Assembly: GCF_003324675.1 (NCBI RefSeq) | Contig: NZ_CP030918.1 | Span: forward strand, 2,040,001 to 2,072,000 | Direction of reading: 5' to 3' | From: Paracoccus suum | GTDB lineage: Bacteria > Pseudomonadota > Alphaproteobacteria > Rhodobacterales > Rhodobacteraceae | Length of the DNA stretch: 32,000 nucleotides | In this document: positions 9,246-16,802 of the stretch, piece by piece | Numbering within the stretch: position 1 is the first letter of the stretch | Layout: each line of letters begins with the position of its first letter | Made by a program: the position numbers and the translations under genes | The notes under the pieces: generated by a model | What the model was told of the DNA's origin: nothing | The model's input: the letters and a program-made list of their open reading frames with translations, nothing else | Database searches by the model: none

Positions 9246-10085
9246 ATGATCGCCGGGATCGACAGTCACGCGCTGATCGAACTGACGGCCCTGGCCGCCG
9301 TCTCGGGTGTGTTCGGCGGCGTTCTCGCCGGCTTGCTGGGGGTCGGGGGCGGCATCGTCATCGTCCCCACGCTCTATTTCGCGCTGACGCTGACCGGGAT
9401 GGACCCGGCGCTGACGATGCAGGTGGCGGTCGGCACCTCGCTTGCAACCATCGTCTTTACCGCGCTTTCTTCGAGCTACGGCCATTACCGGCGCGGGGCG
9501 CTGGACATGGCCCTGATGCGGCGTTGGGTACCGTGGATTGTCCTGGGGGTGATCTTCGGCAGCCTCGTCGGCGGCTATGTCTCGGGCTGGGTGCTGGTGG
9601 CGGTATTCGCAACGATCGCCATGATCGTGGCGCTGGACATGATCCTGCGTCGGCCGCACGACGCGGCCGAGCCGCGCGGCTTTTCCACCCCGGTATGGGC
9701 CATCCTCGGCTTTCTGACCGGCGCGATCTCGGCCATGATGGGCATCGGCGGGGGCACGGTCGGCGTGCCGATCCTGAACTTCCTCGGCTATGACATCCGC
9801 CGCGCCGTCGGCACCTCGGCCGCGCTGGGCTTTGTCATCGGCGTTCCGGGGGCGATCATCTATGCAGCGACTGGCCTCGGCCAGCCGGGCCTGCCGCCGT
9901 TTTCGCTGGGCTATGTGAACCTGTTCCTGGCGGCGATCATCATTCCTCTGTCGACATGGTTCGCGGTCTATGGCGTGCGGCTGGCGCATAGCATTGATCG
10001 GCGCCGCCTGCGCATGGCGTTTGGCGTGTTCCTGCTGCTGACCTCGCTGCGGATGTGGATCGACCTGATGACCGGCGCCAGCTGA
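9246..10085 (+). CDS. TauE/SafE (DUF81) family anion/sulfite-type exporter membrane protein
   Basis: A 279-aa polytopic membrane protein with the duplicated glycine motifs LLGVGGGIVIVP and MMGIGGGTVGVP that are typical of this family. Confidence 0.8.
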   Translation: MIAGIDSHALIELTALAAVSGVFGGVLAGLLGVGGGIVIVPTLYFALTLTGMDPALTMQVAVGTSLATIVFTALSSSYGHYRRGALDMALMRRWVPWIVLGVIFGSLVGGYVSGWVLVAVFATIAMIVALDMILRRPHDAAEPRGFSTPVWAILGFLTGAISAMMGIGGGTVGVPILNFLGYDIRRAVGTSAALGFVIGVPGAIIYAATGLGQPGLPPFSLGYVNLFLAAIIIPLSTWFAVYGVRLAHSIDRRRLRMAFGVFLLLTSLRMWIDLMTGAS

Positions 10086-10747
10086 TGGAGACCGCGACCC
10101 TGGCCGAGCGCCTGCGCCAGACCCTGGCGTCGGCCGGGGGCGACGGCCGCCTGCCGTCCGAGCGGGTGCTGGCCGACCGCCTCGGGGTCGGCCGCAGCCA
10201 GCTGCGCCGCGCTCTGTCAGAACTGGAGGCGCGCGGCCAGATCTTTCGCCGGCAGGGGCAGGGGACCTTCGTCGCCCCACCCCCTGCGCCGGGCGCCGAG
10301 GCGCTGCGGGGCCTCGCGACCGCCATCTCACCCGCCGACGTGATGGAGGTGCGCCGCGAGATCGAGCCGGCGCTCGCCGCACTCGCCGCGGCGCGTGCCT
10401 GCGACACCGATGTCGCGAGCCTCAAGCAACTGGCGATGCGCGGGTTTTCCGCTGACGATCCCGGAAACTACGAGTTCGCCGACGAGATTTTCCATCACCG
10501 CATCGCCGAGATCGCGGGCAACCCGCTGTTCCTGCGCATCTATCAGGAGATTCGCGCGGTCCGGCAGATGACGCATTGGTATAGCGAGCGCGCCCAGACC
10601 CTCAGCCCCGAGCAGATCGCCGACCGCAGCGGCGAGCATCTGGCCATTGTCGACGCAATTGGCAGCGGCAAGCCTGACGCCGCGGCCGACGCCATGGGCC
10701 GGCACCTGTTGCGGGTCGACGAAACGATGCGCCGCTGCCGCAGTTGA
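10085..10747 (+). CDS. GntR family transcriptional regulator, FadR/FCD subfamily
   Basis: The winged HTH is LPSERVLADRLGVGRSQLRRALSELEARGQIFRRQGQGTFV. The FCD-like C-terminus shows FHHRIAEIAGNPL and EHLAIVDAIGSGKPDAAADAMGRHL. ATG 10085 shares one base with the tauE-like TGA (TGATG). The track start at 10055 lies inside the upstream gene. Confidence 0.8.
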   Translation: METATLAERLRQTLASAGGDGRLPSERVLADRLGVGRSQLRRALSELEARGQIFRRQGQGTFVAPPPAPGAEALRGLATAISPADVMEVRREIEPALAALAAARACDTDVASLKQLAMRGFSADDPGNYEFADEIFHHRIAEIAGNPLFLRIYQEIRAVRQMTHWYSERAQTLSPEQIADRSGEHLAIVDAIGSGKPDAAADAMGRHLLRVDETMRRCRS

Positions 10748-10768
10748 GGCCGGGCAGGGCGACGCGGC

Positions 10769-11503
10769 CTATTCCATAGGATGGATTACGCGATGCAGAA
10801 AGTCCTGCGTCCGTGGATGCTGGGGATTGCGCAGCACTTCCTGCGGCGGGCCTTGCTCGATGATGGTGCCCGACTCGAGGAACAGCACGCGGTTGGCGAC
10901 GGCGCGCGCAAACTCCATCTCGTGGGTCACGACGACCATGGTCATCCCCTCCGCCGCGACGTCCCGCATCACCGCCAGCACCTCGCCCACCAGTTCGGGA
11001 TCGAGGGCCGAGGTCGGCTCGTCAAAGAGGATGGCCTTGGGCCGCATCGCCAGGGCGCGGGCGATCGCGACCCGCTGCTGCTGCCCGCCCGAAAGTTGGG
11101 CCGGATGCACATCCAGCTTTGAGCCGAGGCCCACCTTGTCGAGGATGGCCGCCGCCTCGTCCCGCGCCTCGGCGCGGGGGACGCGCTTGACGTAGACCGG
11201 TCCCTCCATGACGTTTTCCAGCACGGTGCGGTGCGGAAAAAGGTTGAAGCGCTGGAACACCATCGACACCTGGGTACGGATTGCGGTGATCGACGGTGCG
11301 GTGGTGTCAACCTTGACCCCCTCGACCAGAATCGCGCCCCGGCTGTAGGTCTCCAGCCCGTTGATGCAGCGCAGGATGGTCGATTTTCCCGACCCCGACG
11401 GGCCAATGATGCACACCACCTCGCCCTTGGCGACGTCGAATGACACGCCCTTGATGACGTCGAGCGCGCCATAGGATTTGTGAATGTCCTGGACAGCGAT
11501 CAT
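10769..11503 (-). CDS. Polar amino acid ABC transporter ATP-binding protein (GlnQ/HisP-like)
   Basis: Motifs seen: GPSGSGKST, LSGGQQQRVAIARAL, ILFDEPTSALDPE and VTHEM. It shares an ATGA overlap with the upstream permease. Confidence 0.9.
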   Translation of the reverse strand: MIAVQDIHKSYGALDVIKGVSFDVAKGEVVCIIGPSGSGKSTILRCINGLETYSRGAILVEGVKVDTTAPSITAIRTQVSMVFQRFNLFPHRTVLENVMEGPVYVKRVPRAEARDEAAAILDKVGLGSKLDVHPAQLSGGQQQRVAIARALAMRPKAILFDEPTSALDPELVGEVLAVMRDVAAEGMTMVVVTHEMEFARAVANRVLFLESGTIIEQGPPQEVLRNPQHPRTQDFLHRVIHPME

Positions 11504-12150
11504 GTCTGCGAAAACCTCCGCTCGAGGTGACGGGTCAGGAAGGTCAGCGGCAGGCTGAGGGCCAGGTAGATCAGCGCGACCAGCGTAAACACCGTCATGT
11601 TGTCAAAGGTCGAGGCGGCGACCAGTTGCCCCTGGCGTGTCAACTCGGCCACCGTGATGGTCGAGACGAGCGAGCTGTCCTTGAGCATCATGATGATGGT
11701 GTTGCCAAAGGGCGGCATGACGATGCGCAGCGCCTGCGGCAGGATCACACGCCGCATCACCAGGCTGTCGGTCATGCCGATCGAATAAGCGGCCTCGATC
11801 TGGCCCTTGTCGATGGCCTCGATCCCGGCGCGAAAGTTTTCAGCCTGATAGGCCGAATAGGCGATGCCAAGGCCGATGATGCCTGCCTGCACGGCGGTCA
11901 GGTTGATACCGATGTCGGGCATCACGAAATAGATATAGAACAGCTGCACGATGATCGGGATGCCGCGGATCATGGTGATGAAGCCGCGGCTGATCCCGAC
12001 CAGAACCGGTTGCTTTGTCCAGCTCATGACGGCCCAGACAAAGCCGAGCGCGGTGCTGAGGATGACCGAGAAAAAGGTCACCACCAGTGTCAGCACGACA
12101 CCTTCCAGAAGCAAGGGCAGGTATTCACCCGCCCGCGCGAAAAACCCCAT
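11500..12150 (-). CDS. Polar amino acid ABC transporter permease (His/Glu/Gln/Arg/opine family)
   Basis: 216 aa, multi-TM, with EAA loop IEAAYSIGMTDSLVMRRVILPQALRIVMPP. A GGGGAGGG Shine-Dalgarno sequence lies upstream of ATG 12150. Confidence 0.88.
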   Translation of the reverse strand: MGFFARAGEYLPLLLEGVVLTLVVTFFSVILSTALGFVWAVMSWTKQPVLVGISRGFITMIRGIPIIVQLFYIYFVMPDIGINLTAVQAGIIGLGIAYSAYQAENFRAGIEAIDKGQIEAAYSIGMTDSLVMRRVILPQALRIVMPPFGNTIIMMLKDSSLVSTITVAELTRQGQLVAASTFDNMTVFTLVALIYLALSLPLTFLTRHLERRFSQT

Positions 12151-12178
12151 CAGTCTGTCCCTCCCCGACGTGCGGATG

Positions 12179-12211
12179 GCGCGGGGCGGCGGTGTGCACC
12201 GCCGCCCGCGC
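12179..12211 (-). other. Intercistronic GC stem-loop between the binding-protein and permease genes of the amino-acid ABC operon
   Basis: On the plus strand, GCGCGGGGCGGCGGTG..CACCGCCGCCCGCGC forms 15-16 bp arms with one bulge. It sits between the binding-protein stop (12218) and the permease Shine-Dalgarno and ATG (12150). Confidence 0.6.
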
Positions 12212-12217
12212 CTGGCA

Positions 12218-12982
12218 TCATTCGATGCCCCATTTCTTGATGCTTTCGTCCAGCTTGCCGGAATCCTTGATCTTTTTCAGGCCGTCGTTCATCTTTGCCA
12301 GCAGCGCCGGATCATCCTGGCGCACGGCGATGGCGACGTTGCCGACGTACTGGCTGTCGTAGTCCGTCACCAACCGCACCTTGGCCGAGGCGCCTTGCGA
12401 AAGCTGGTATGCGACGATCGGCTTGTCCCCAAAGCCGGCGTCGATCCGGCCGATAGCGACGTCGCGCATGATGTCGGAGATGGTGTCGTAGACCTTCACC
12501 TCCTTCAGCTTGTCACTGGCCTGCAGCGGCGCGACATAGGCTGTCCCGACCTGGACCCCGGCAGTCTTGCCGGCCAGATCGTCGAGGGTCTTGTAGTCAG
12601 TCTTGTCGTCGCTTTTGACGAACAGCCCTTCGCCATAGGAATAGACGGGCTCGCTAAAGGCGACGATCTTGGCGCGTTCAGGCGTGGCATACATGGCCGC
12701 CGCGATGACATCGATCTTGCCGCTGGTCAGGGACGGCAGCAGCGCATTGAACTGGGTCGCCTGGATCTGCGGGGAAAAGCCCTCGACCTCACCAATCGCC
12801 TTGATGATGTCGACCATCACGCCGTCGATCTGGTTGGTCTTGACGTCGAGGAAGGTGAACGGGATCCCCGAGGGGGTCGAGCCGATCTTGAGCACGTCCT
12901 GCGCCATGCCGGCGCCTGCCGTCATGGCAGTTGCCGCCAGTGCCAGGACAGTGCCGCGAACGAGTGAAGCGATTGTCGTCAT
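12218..12982 (-). CDS. Polar amino acid ABC transporter substrate-binding protein (family 3)
   Basis: 254 aa with signal peptide MTTIASLVRGTVLALAATAMTAGAGMA. It has the size and layout of an SBP-3 protein and is the first gene of the minus-strand operon. Confidence 0.85.
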   Translation of the reverse strand: MTTIASLVRGTVLALAATAMTAGAGMAQDVLKIGSTPSGIPFTFLDVKTNQIDGVMVDIIKAIGEVEGFSPQIQATQFNALLPSLTSGKIDVIAAAMYATPERAKIVAFSEPVYSYGEGLFVKSDDKTDYKTLDDLAGKTAGVQVGTAYVAPLQASDKLKEVKVYDTISDIMRDVAIGRIDAGFGDKPIVAYQLSQGASAKVRLVTDYDSQYVGNVAIAVRQDDPALLAKMNDGLKKIKDSGKLDESIKKWGIE

Positions 12983-13011
12983 CCCTTGTCTCCCCTTTGG
13001 ACGCCACGACC

Positions 13012-13027
13012 AATATTCATCAGTATT
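13012..13027. promoter_or_regulatory. Imperfect palindrome in the AT-rich divergent control region
   Basis: AATATTCATCAGTATT is self-complementary at 12 of 16 positions. It lies in the 100-bp AT-rich gap between the amino-acid binding-protein gene (-) and the XRE-cupin gene (+). Confidence 0.35.
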
Positions 13028-13082
13028 GAAATTCTATCATCATTATTTCATTGTGACGAAACAAACTTCAGGTTGTCAATAA

Positions 13083-13703
13083 ATGTTGTCATCGCCCGCC
13101 ACGTCCGATGCGCCGTCTGTCGCCGAAGCCGATCCGGAGCGCCCCGACAGCGATAGCCTGGGCGCGCGGCTGCGCCAGCGGCGCAAGGTTCGCCGCCTGT
13201 CGATCGCCGAGGTCGCCCGTCGGGCCGAGCTTTCCATCGGCCTCATCAGCCAGATCGAACGGGGTCTGACCATGCCCTCGGTCCGCTCGCTCGGGGCGAT
13301 CTGCGCGGCCCTGGAAATGCCGGTCGGCTGGCTGTTCGATGCGCCGGGCGCGCCGGACGAGAGTGACATCGTCGTGCGCCGCCACCAGCGGCGGGTCCTG
13401 GACCTCGGCGTCAAGGGCATGGCGAAAGAGCTGATGACCCCTGACAGTTGCACCGGCATTCAGATGATGCGGTTGGTGATCCGCCCCGGCGGCTCGACCG
13501 GCGAGACACCCTATAACCACGCGACCGGCGCAAAATGCGGCACCGTCCTGAGCGGCGCTCTGGCTTTGGAGGTCGATGGCGAGGTCCACCGCATCGGCGC
13601 CGGCGACAGCTTTTCCTTCGCTGCGACGCGCATGATCCGGTTCTGGTGCGCTGGCGACGAGACGACCGAGGTGCTGTGGGTGGTAACCCCGGCCGTATAC
13701 TGA
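13083..13703 (+). CDS. XRE-family HTH plus cupin-domain transcriptional regulator (PuuR-like architecture)
   Basis: The HTH_3 block is LGARLRQRRKVRRLSIAEVARRAELSIGLISQIERGLTMPSVRSLGAICAAL. The C-terminal cupin shows GAKCGTVLSGALALEVDGEVHRIGAGDSFSF. There is no Shine-Dalgarno sequence before ATG 13083. Confidence 0.8.
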   Translation: MLSSPATSDAPSVAEADPERPDSDSLGARLRQRRKVRRLSIAEVARRAELSIGLISQIERGLTMPSVRSLGAICAALEMPVGWLFDAPGAPDESDIVVRRHQRRVLDLGVKGMAKELMTPDSCTGIQMMRLVIRPGGSTGETPYNHATGAKCGTVLSGALALEVDGEVHRIGAGDSFSFAATRMIRFWCAGDETTEVLWVVTPAVY

Positions 13704-13717
13704 CGGGAGGGTCAGGC

Positions 13718-15019
13718 ATGATCGAGAATGAAGCCGGCGTCATCGCCAATTCGCTGTGGACGGCGACGGCCAACCCCGCGCCGGACTGCCCGCCGCTGCA
13801 GGGCAAGGCGGATTGCGATGTCGCCATCGTCGGCGGGGGCTACACGGGACTCTCTGCCGCGCTGCACCTGGCCGAGCGGGGGCTGCGGGTCATCCTCCTC
13901 GAGGCAATGACCCCCGGCTGGGGCGCGTCGGGCCGCAATGGCGGGCAGGTGAATCCGGGCCTGAAAGAGGATCCCGACACGATCGAGGCGCAGCATGGAC
14001 CGGACATGGGCGCGCGGATGGTCGCGCTGTCCGGCGGGGCAGGGCAGTTCGTGTTCGATCTAATCGCGCGGCTCGGGATCGAATGCGATGCGCACCAAAC
14101 CGGCTGGATCCAGCCCTATCATAACCAGCTGTCGGAGGCCGTGGTCCGCAAGCGCGCCCAGCAGTGGAACCGCCGCGGCGCCCCGCTGGACCTGCTCGAC
14201 CGCCAGACGACCGCCGAACTGTTGGGCACGGATGCATATCTAGGCGCAATGATCGACCGGCGCGGCGGCAATCTGCATCCGCTGAACTACGCGCTCGGCC
14301 TCGCCCACGCCGCGCTTGCTGCCGGGGCCGTGATCCATGGCCACAGCCCCGTCATCGCGCATGAGGGAAGCGGCGTCGGGCACGTCCTGCGCACCGAGGC
14401 GGGCCAGGTCCGCGCGCAAAAGGTGCTGATCTGCACGAATGGCTACACCGGCAAAACGTTTGGCAAGATGCGCCGGACCGTGGTCCCGATCCGCTCGGTC
14501 CAGGTCGCGACCGAGGTTCTGCCGCCCGAAGTTGCCTCGACCATTCTGCCGCAGGGGCATTCTGCCTCGGACGCGCGCCGGTTGCTGCTCTATTTCCGCA
14601 AGGATGCCGCGGGCCGTTTCGTCATGGGCGGGCGCGGGAAGTATTCGGAGTCCGGCACCGCCGAGCAGATGCGGCGCCTGCGCGCCGCCTCGGTCGCGCT
14701 GTATCCCGCCCTGCGTGACGCCGAGTGGAAGTTTGCCTGGGGTGGCTTTGTCGCCATGACGCAGGACCACTACCCGCACCTGAACGAGTTAGGCCCCGGC
14801 GTCATGGCGGCGATGGGCTACAACGGGCGCGGGGTCGCCATGGCGTCAGTGATGGGCAAGGTTCTCGCCGATTGGGCCAGTGGCACGCCGACCGCGGCGC
14901 TGCCCTTCCCGGCGACCCCGCCGCGTCCGATTCCGTTCTATTTCATGCGAAAGCCGGCGGTGACAGCGACGGTCGCCTGGTCCCTGCTGAAGGATCGGTG
15001 GGAGGAGCGCCAGGGGTGA
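13718..15019 (+). CDS. FAD-dependent oxidoreductase, DAO family (PuuB/OrdL-like gamma-glutamylamine or secondary-amine oxidase type)
   Basis: The dinucleotide fold is DVAIVGGGYTGLSAALHLAERGLRVILLE followed by GASGRNGGQV, in about 433 aa. A GGGAGGG Shine-Dalgarno sequence precedes ATG 13718. The track ORF start at 13535 overlaps the regulator gene in another frame. Confidence 0.8.
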   Translation: MIENEAGVIANSLWTATANPAPDCPPLQGKADCDVAIVGGGYTGLSAALHLAERGLRVILLEAMTPGWGASGRNGGQVNPGLKEDPDTIEAQHGPDMGARMVALSGGAGQFVFDLIARLGIECDAHQTGWIQPYHNQLSEAVVRKRAQQWNRRGAPLDLLDRQTTAELLGTDAYLGAMIDRRGGNLHPLNYALGLAHAALAAGAVIHGHSPVIAHEGSGVGHVLRTEAGQVRAQKVLICTNGYTGKTFGKMRRTVVPIRSVQVATEVLPPEVASTILPQGHSASDARRLLLYFRKDAAGRFVMGGRGKYSESGTAEQMRRLRAASVALYPALRDAEWKFAWGGFVAMTQDHYPHLNELGPGVMAAMGYNGRGVAMASVMGKVLADWASGTPTAALPFPATPPRPIPFYFMRKPAVTATVAWSLLKDRWEERQG

Positions 15020-15028
15020 CGCCGGCCT

Positions 15029-15496
15029 TCAAAGCGCGAGCGGACGTTCGTCGAAAATCGCTTCCATGGTGAAGTAAGAGGTGACCGTCTCGAGATCCGT
15101 GCGCTCGATCAGTTGTTGGTAGACCCGATCGTATTCGGCGATATCGGCCACGACCACCTTGAGGATGTAGTCGAAGTCTCCCGAAATCCGGTAGAACCCG
15201 ACGATCTCAGGGATGGCGACCACCCGTTTGCGGAAATCGCGCAGCCACTCTCCGGAATGGCTGCGCGTGCGGATCATGGTGAACACGGCGAGGCTGGCGC
15301 CGACCTTGTTCCGGTTCAGGCGGACGGACCACCTCTCGATGATCCCGTCGTCCTCAAACGACTTCAGCCGTCGCCAGACCGTGTTCTGGCTGAGCCCGAC
15401 CCGGTCCGCCAGCTCGCGCTGTGACTGCGAGGCGTCGCGCTGAAGCTCGCGCAGCAAGCTGCGATCAATCTGATCGATATCCTTGGTCACGGCCAA
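15029..15496 (-). CDS. Lrp/AsnC family transcriptional regulator
   Basis: 155 aa. The N-terminal HTH is IDRSLLRELQRDASQSQRELADRVGLSQNTVWRRLKSFEDDGII, followed by an AsnC-type ligand domain. The track start is TTG 15496, and GTG 15490 is an alternative. Confidence 0.85.
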   Translation of the reverse strand: MAVTKDIDQIDRSLLRELQRDASQSQRELADRVGLSQNTVWRRLKSFEDDGIIERWSVRLNRNKVGASLAVFTMIRTRSHSGEWLRDFRKRVVAIPEIVGFYRISGDFDYILKVVVADIAEYDRVYQQLIERTDLETVTSYFTMEAIFDERPLAL

Positions 15497-15563
15497 TTGT
15501 TTCCATCACAGGGGCAGGCGCAGGCTATGATGGATCAGATTTAACTGGCAACTATTAACTTCT

Positions 15564-15579
15564 GCCCCGCATCGGGGGC
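15564..15579 (-). terminator. Possible terminator hairpin downstream of rsgA
   Basis: The minus-strand RNA GCCCC-CGAUGC-GGGGC is followed by an A/U-rich segment (AGAAGUUAAUAGUU). The stem is short and there is no clean U-run. Confidence 0.3.
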
Positions 15580-15583
15580 GGCG

Positions 15584-16618
15584 CTACCGTCGTTTCCCGG
15601 GCGCCCTCAAGACCTTGTTGCCGCGTGGACCCGTGCGAACCGGTGTGTTGGTCCGGTTTTCCTCGATGAGCTTGCGCCAACGATCCAAGCGTGTTGGCTG
15701 TAAGGTGCCCGCGGTGATTGCTGCTTGGACCGCGCAGCCAGGTTCATGGTCGTGGGTGCAATCGGCAAAGTGGCAGTTCGGCGCTAGTTCGGCGATCTCG
15801 GCGAACACCACTTCCAGGCCCTCGGCAATGTTGCTGACATGCAGCGTACGCATGCCGGGCGTGTCGATCACCCAGCCGCCCGTGTTGATGGCGTGCAGAG
15901 AGCGGGACGTCGTCGTGTGGCGCCCCTTGGCGTCCTGCTCGCGGATGCTGCCGGTGAGCTGGGGCTTTCCGGGCGTCCGAGAGGACAGCGTGTTAAGAAG
16001 GGTAGACTTTCCCACGCCCGACGAGCCGACAAGCGCAACGGTGCGTCCCGGACCGCACCACGGCGCCAGAATCTGCGCGGCATCCGGCGCCTTCGCGTTC
16101 ACCGGGACCACGTTGAGGCCGCGCTGCAGCGCCTCGGCAGCGGCAACATAGGGGGCCGCATCCGGCGCCTGATCGATCTTTGTCAGGACAATGACCGGCT
16201 GGGTCCCGGCTTCGTTTGCCAGCGCCAAGTAACGCTCAAGCCGCGCCGGGTTGAAATCGTCATTGCAGGACGTGACGATGAAGAGGGTGTCGACATTGGC
16301 CGCGATCAGTTGTTGCGCATGTCCCCCTTCGGTCCGCCGCTGCAGCAAGCTCTGTCGGTCCAGCCGGCGGGCGAGCGTCTCGCTCCCCGCGTCGACCAGA
16401 ACCCAGTCGCCGACCGCAAACTCTGTCGTTCGCGCACCGGGCGGTAGTTGGACACCCGTCGCACCCGCCTCGCCAATGGCGGTCAGCCTGCTGCGGTGGA
16501 CCGTCGCAACGCGCATGGGCACCAGTCCGAGTTCCTCGGCGCCGCGTTGACCAGCAAAGAAAGCCGACCAGCCGAGGTCGGCCAACGCGCGAGAAGCTGG
16601 GTAATCGGAATGTTCCAC
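15584..16618 (-). CDS. rsgA: Ribosome small-subunit-dependent GTPase A
   Basis: Circularly permuted GTPase motifs are present: VLTKID (G4), GSSGVGKSTLLN (G1) and DTPGMR (G3). The C-terminal zinc cluster is CHFADCTHDHEPGCAV. The start is GTG. Confidence 0.9.
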   Translation of the reverse strand: MEHSDYPASRALADLGWSAFFAGQRGAEELGLVPMRVATVHRSRLTAIGEAGATGVQLPPGARTTEFAVGDWVLVDAGSETLARRLDRQSLLQRRTEGGHAQQLIAANVDTLFIVTSCNDDFNPARLERYLALANEAGTQPVIVLTKIDQAPDAAPYVAAAEALQRGLNVVPVNAKAPDAAQILAPWCGPGRTVALVGSSGVGKSTLLNTLSSRTPGKPQLTGSIREQDAKGRHTTTSRSLHAINTGGWVIDTPGMRTLHVSNIAEGLEVVFAEIAELAPNCHFADCTHDHEPGCAVQAAITAGTLQPTRLDRWRKLIEENRTNTPVRTGPRGNKVLRAPGKRR

Positions 16619-16802
16619 GATGCTTTCGCATGGCGGCGAGGGGGAAGGGGTGCAAGTCTTTTTTCAGGTCGCCCCTCCACGAGCAAACCCTGGTAGCGGC
16701 GCGGAAGCCAATTCGGGCGCGCGCGAGCTTTCTCCAAGGGAACGAATTCCACTGAACTGGCGCTGGCGTCTGTAATTCCCGCCCGCCCAAAAGATCGCGG
16801 CC

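Noticed and set aside
13535-13717. The upstream extension of the FAD-oxidoreductase ORF, plus the analogous extensions at 2672-2767, 10055-10084, 25587-25655, 27247-27378, 21146-21181 and 23385-23465.
   Set aside because: The 13535, 2672, 10055 and 25587 extensions overlap the preceding gene in another frame. The other three (27247, 21146, 23385) lie in non-coding spacers. In every case a downstream ATG is better supported, either by stop-start coupling or an adjacent Shine-Dalgarno sequence, or (ppk1) by fit to family N-termini.
16619-16802. A possible small RNA or small ORF in the 184-nt rsgA/mur spacer (T6 run at 16659-16664, GGAA-TTCG-TTCC mini-hairpin).
   Set aside because: I could fold no stable stem adjacent to the T-run on either strand, and there is no credible ORF. 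The region is most simply the mur 3' region plus the rsgA promoter. Only the TGCAAGT motif copy is carried forward as a finding.
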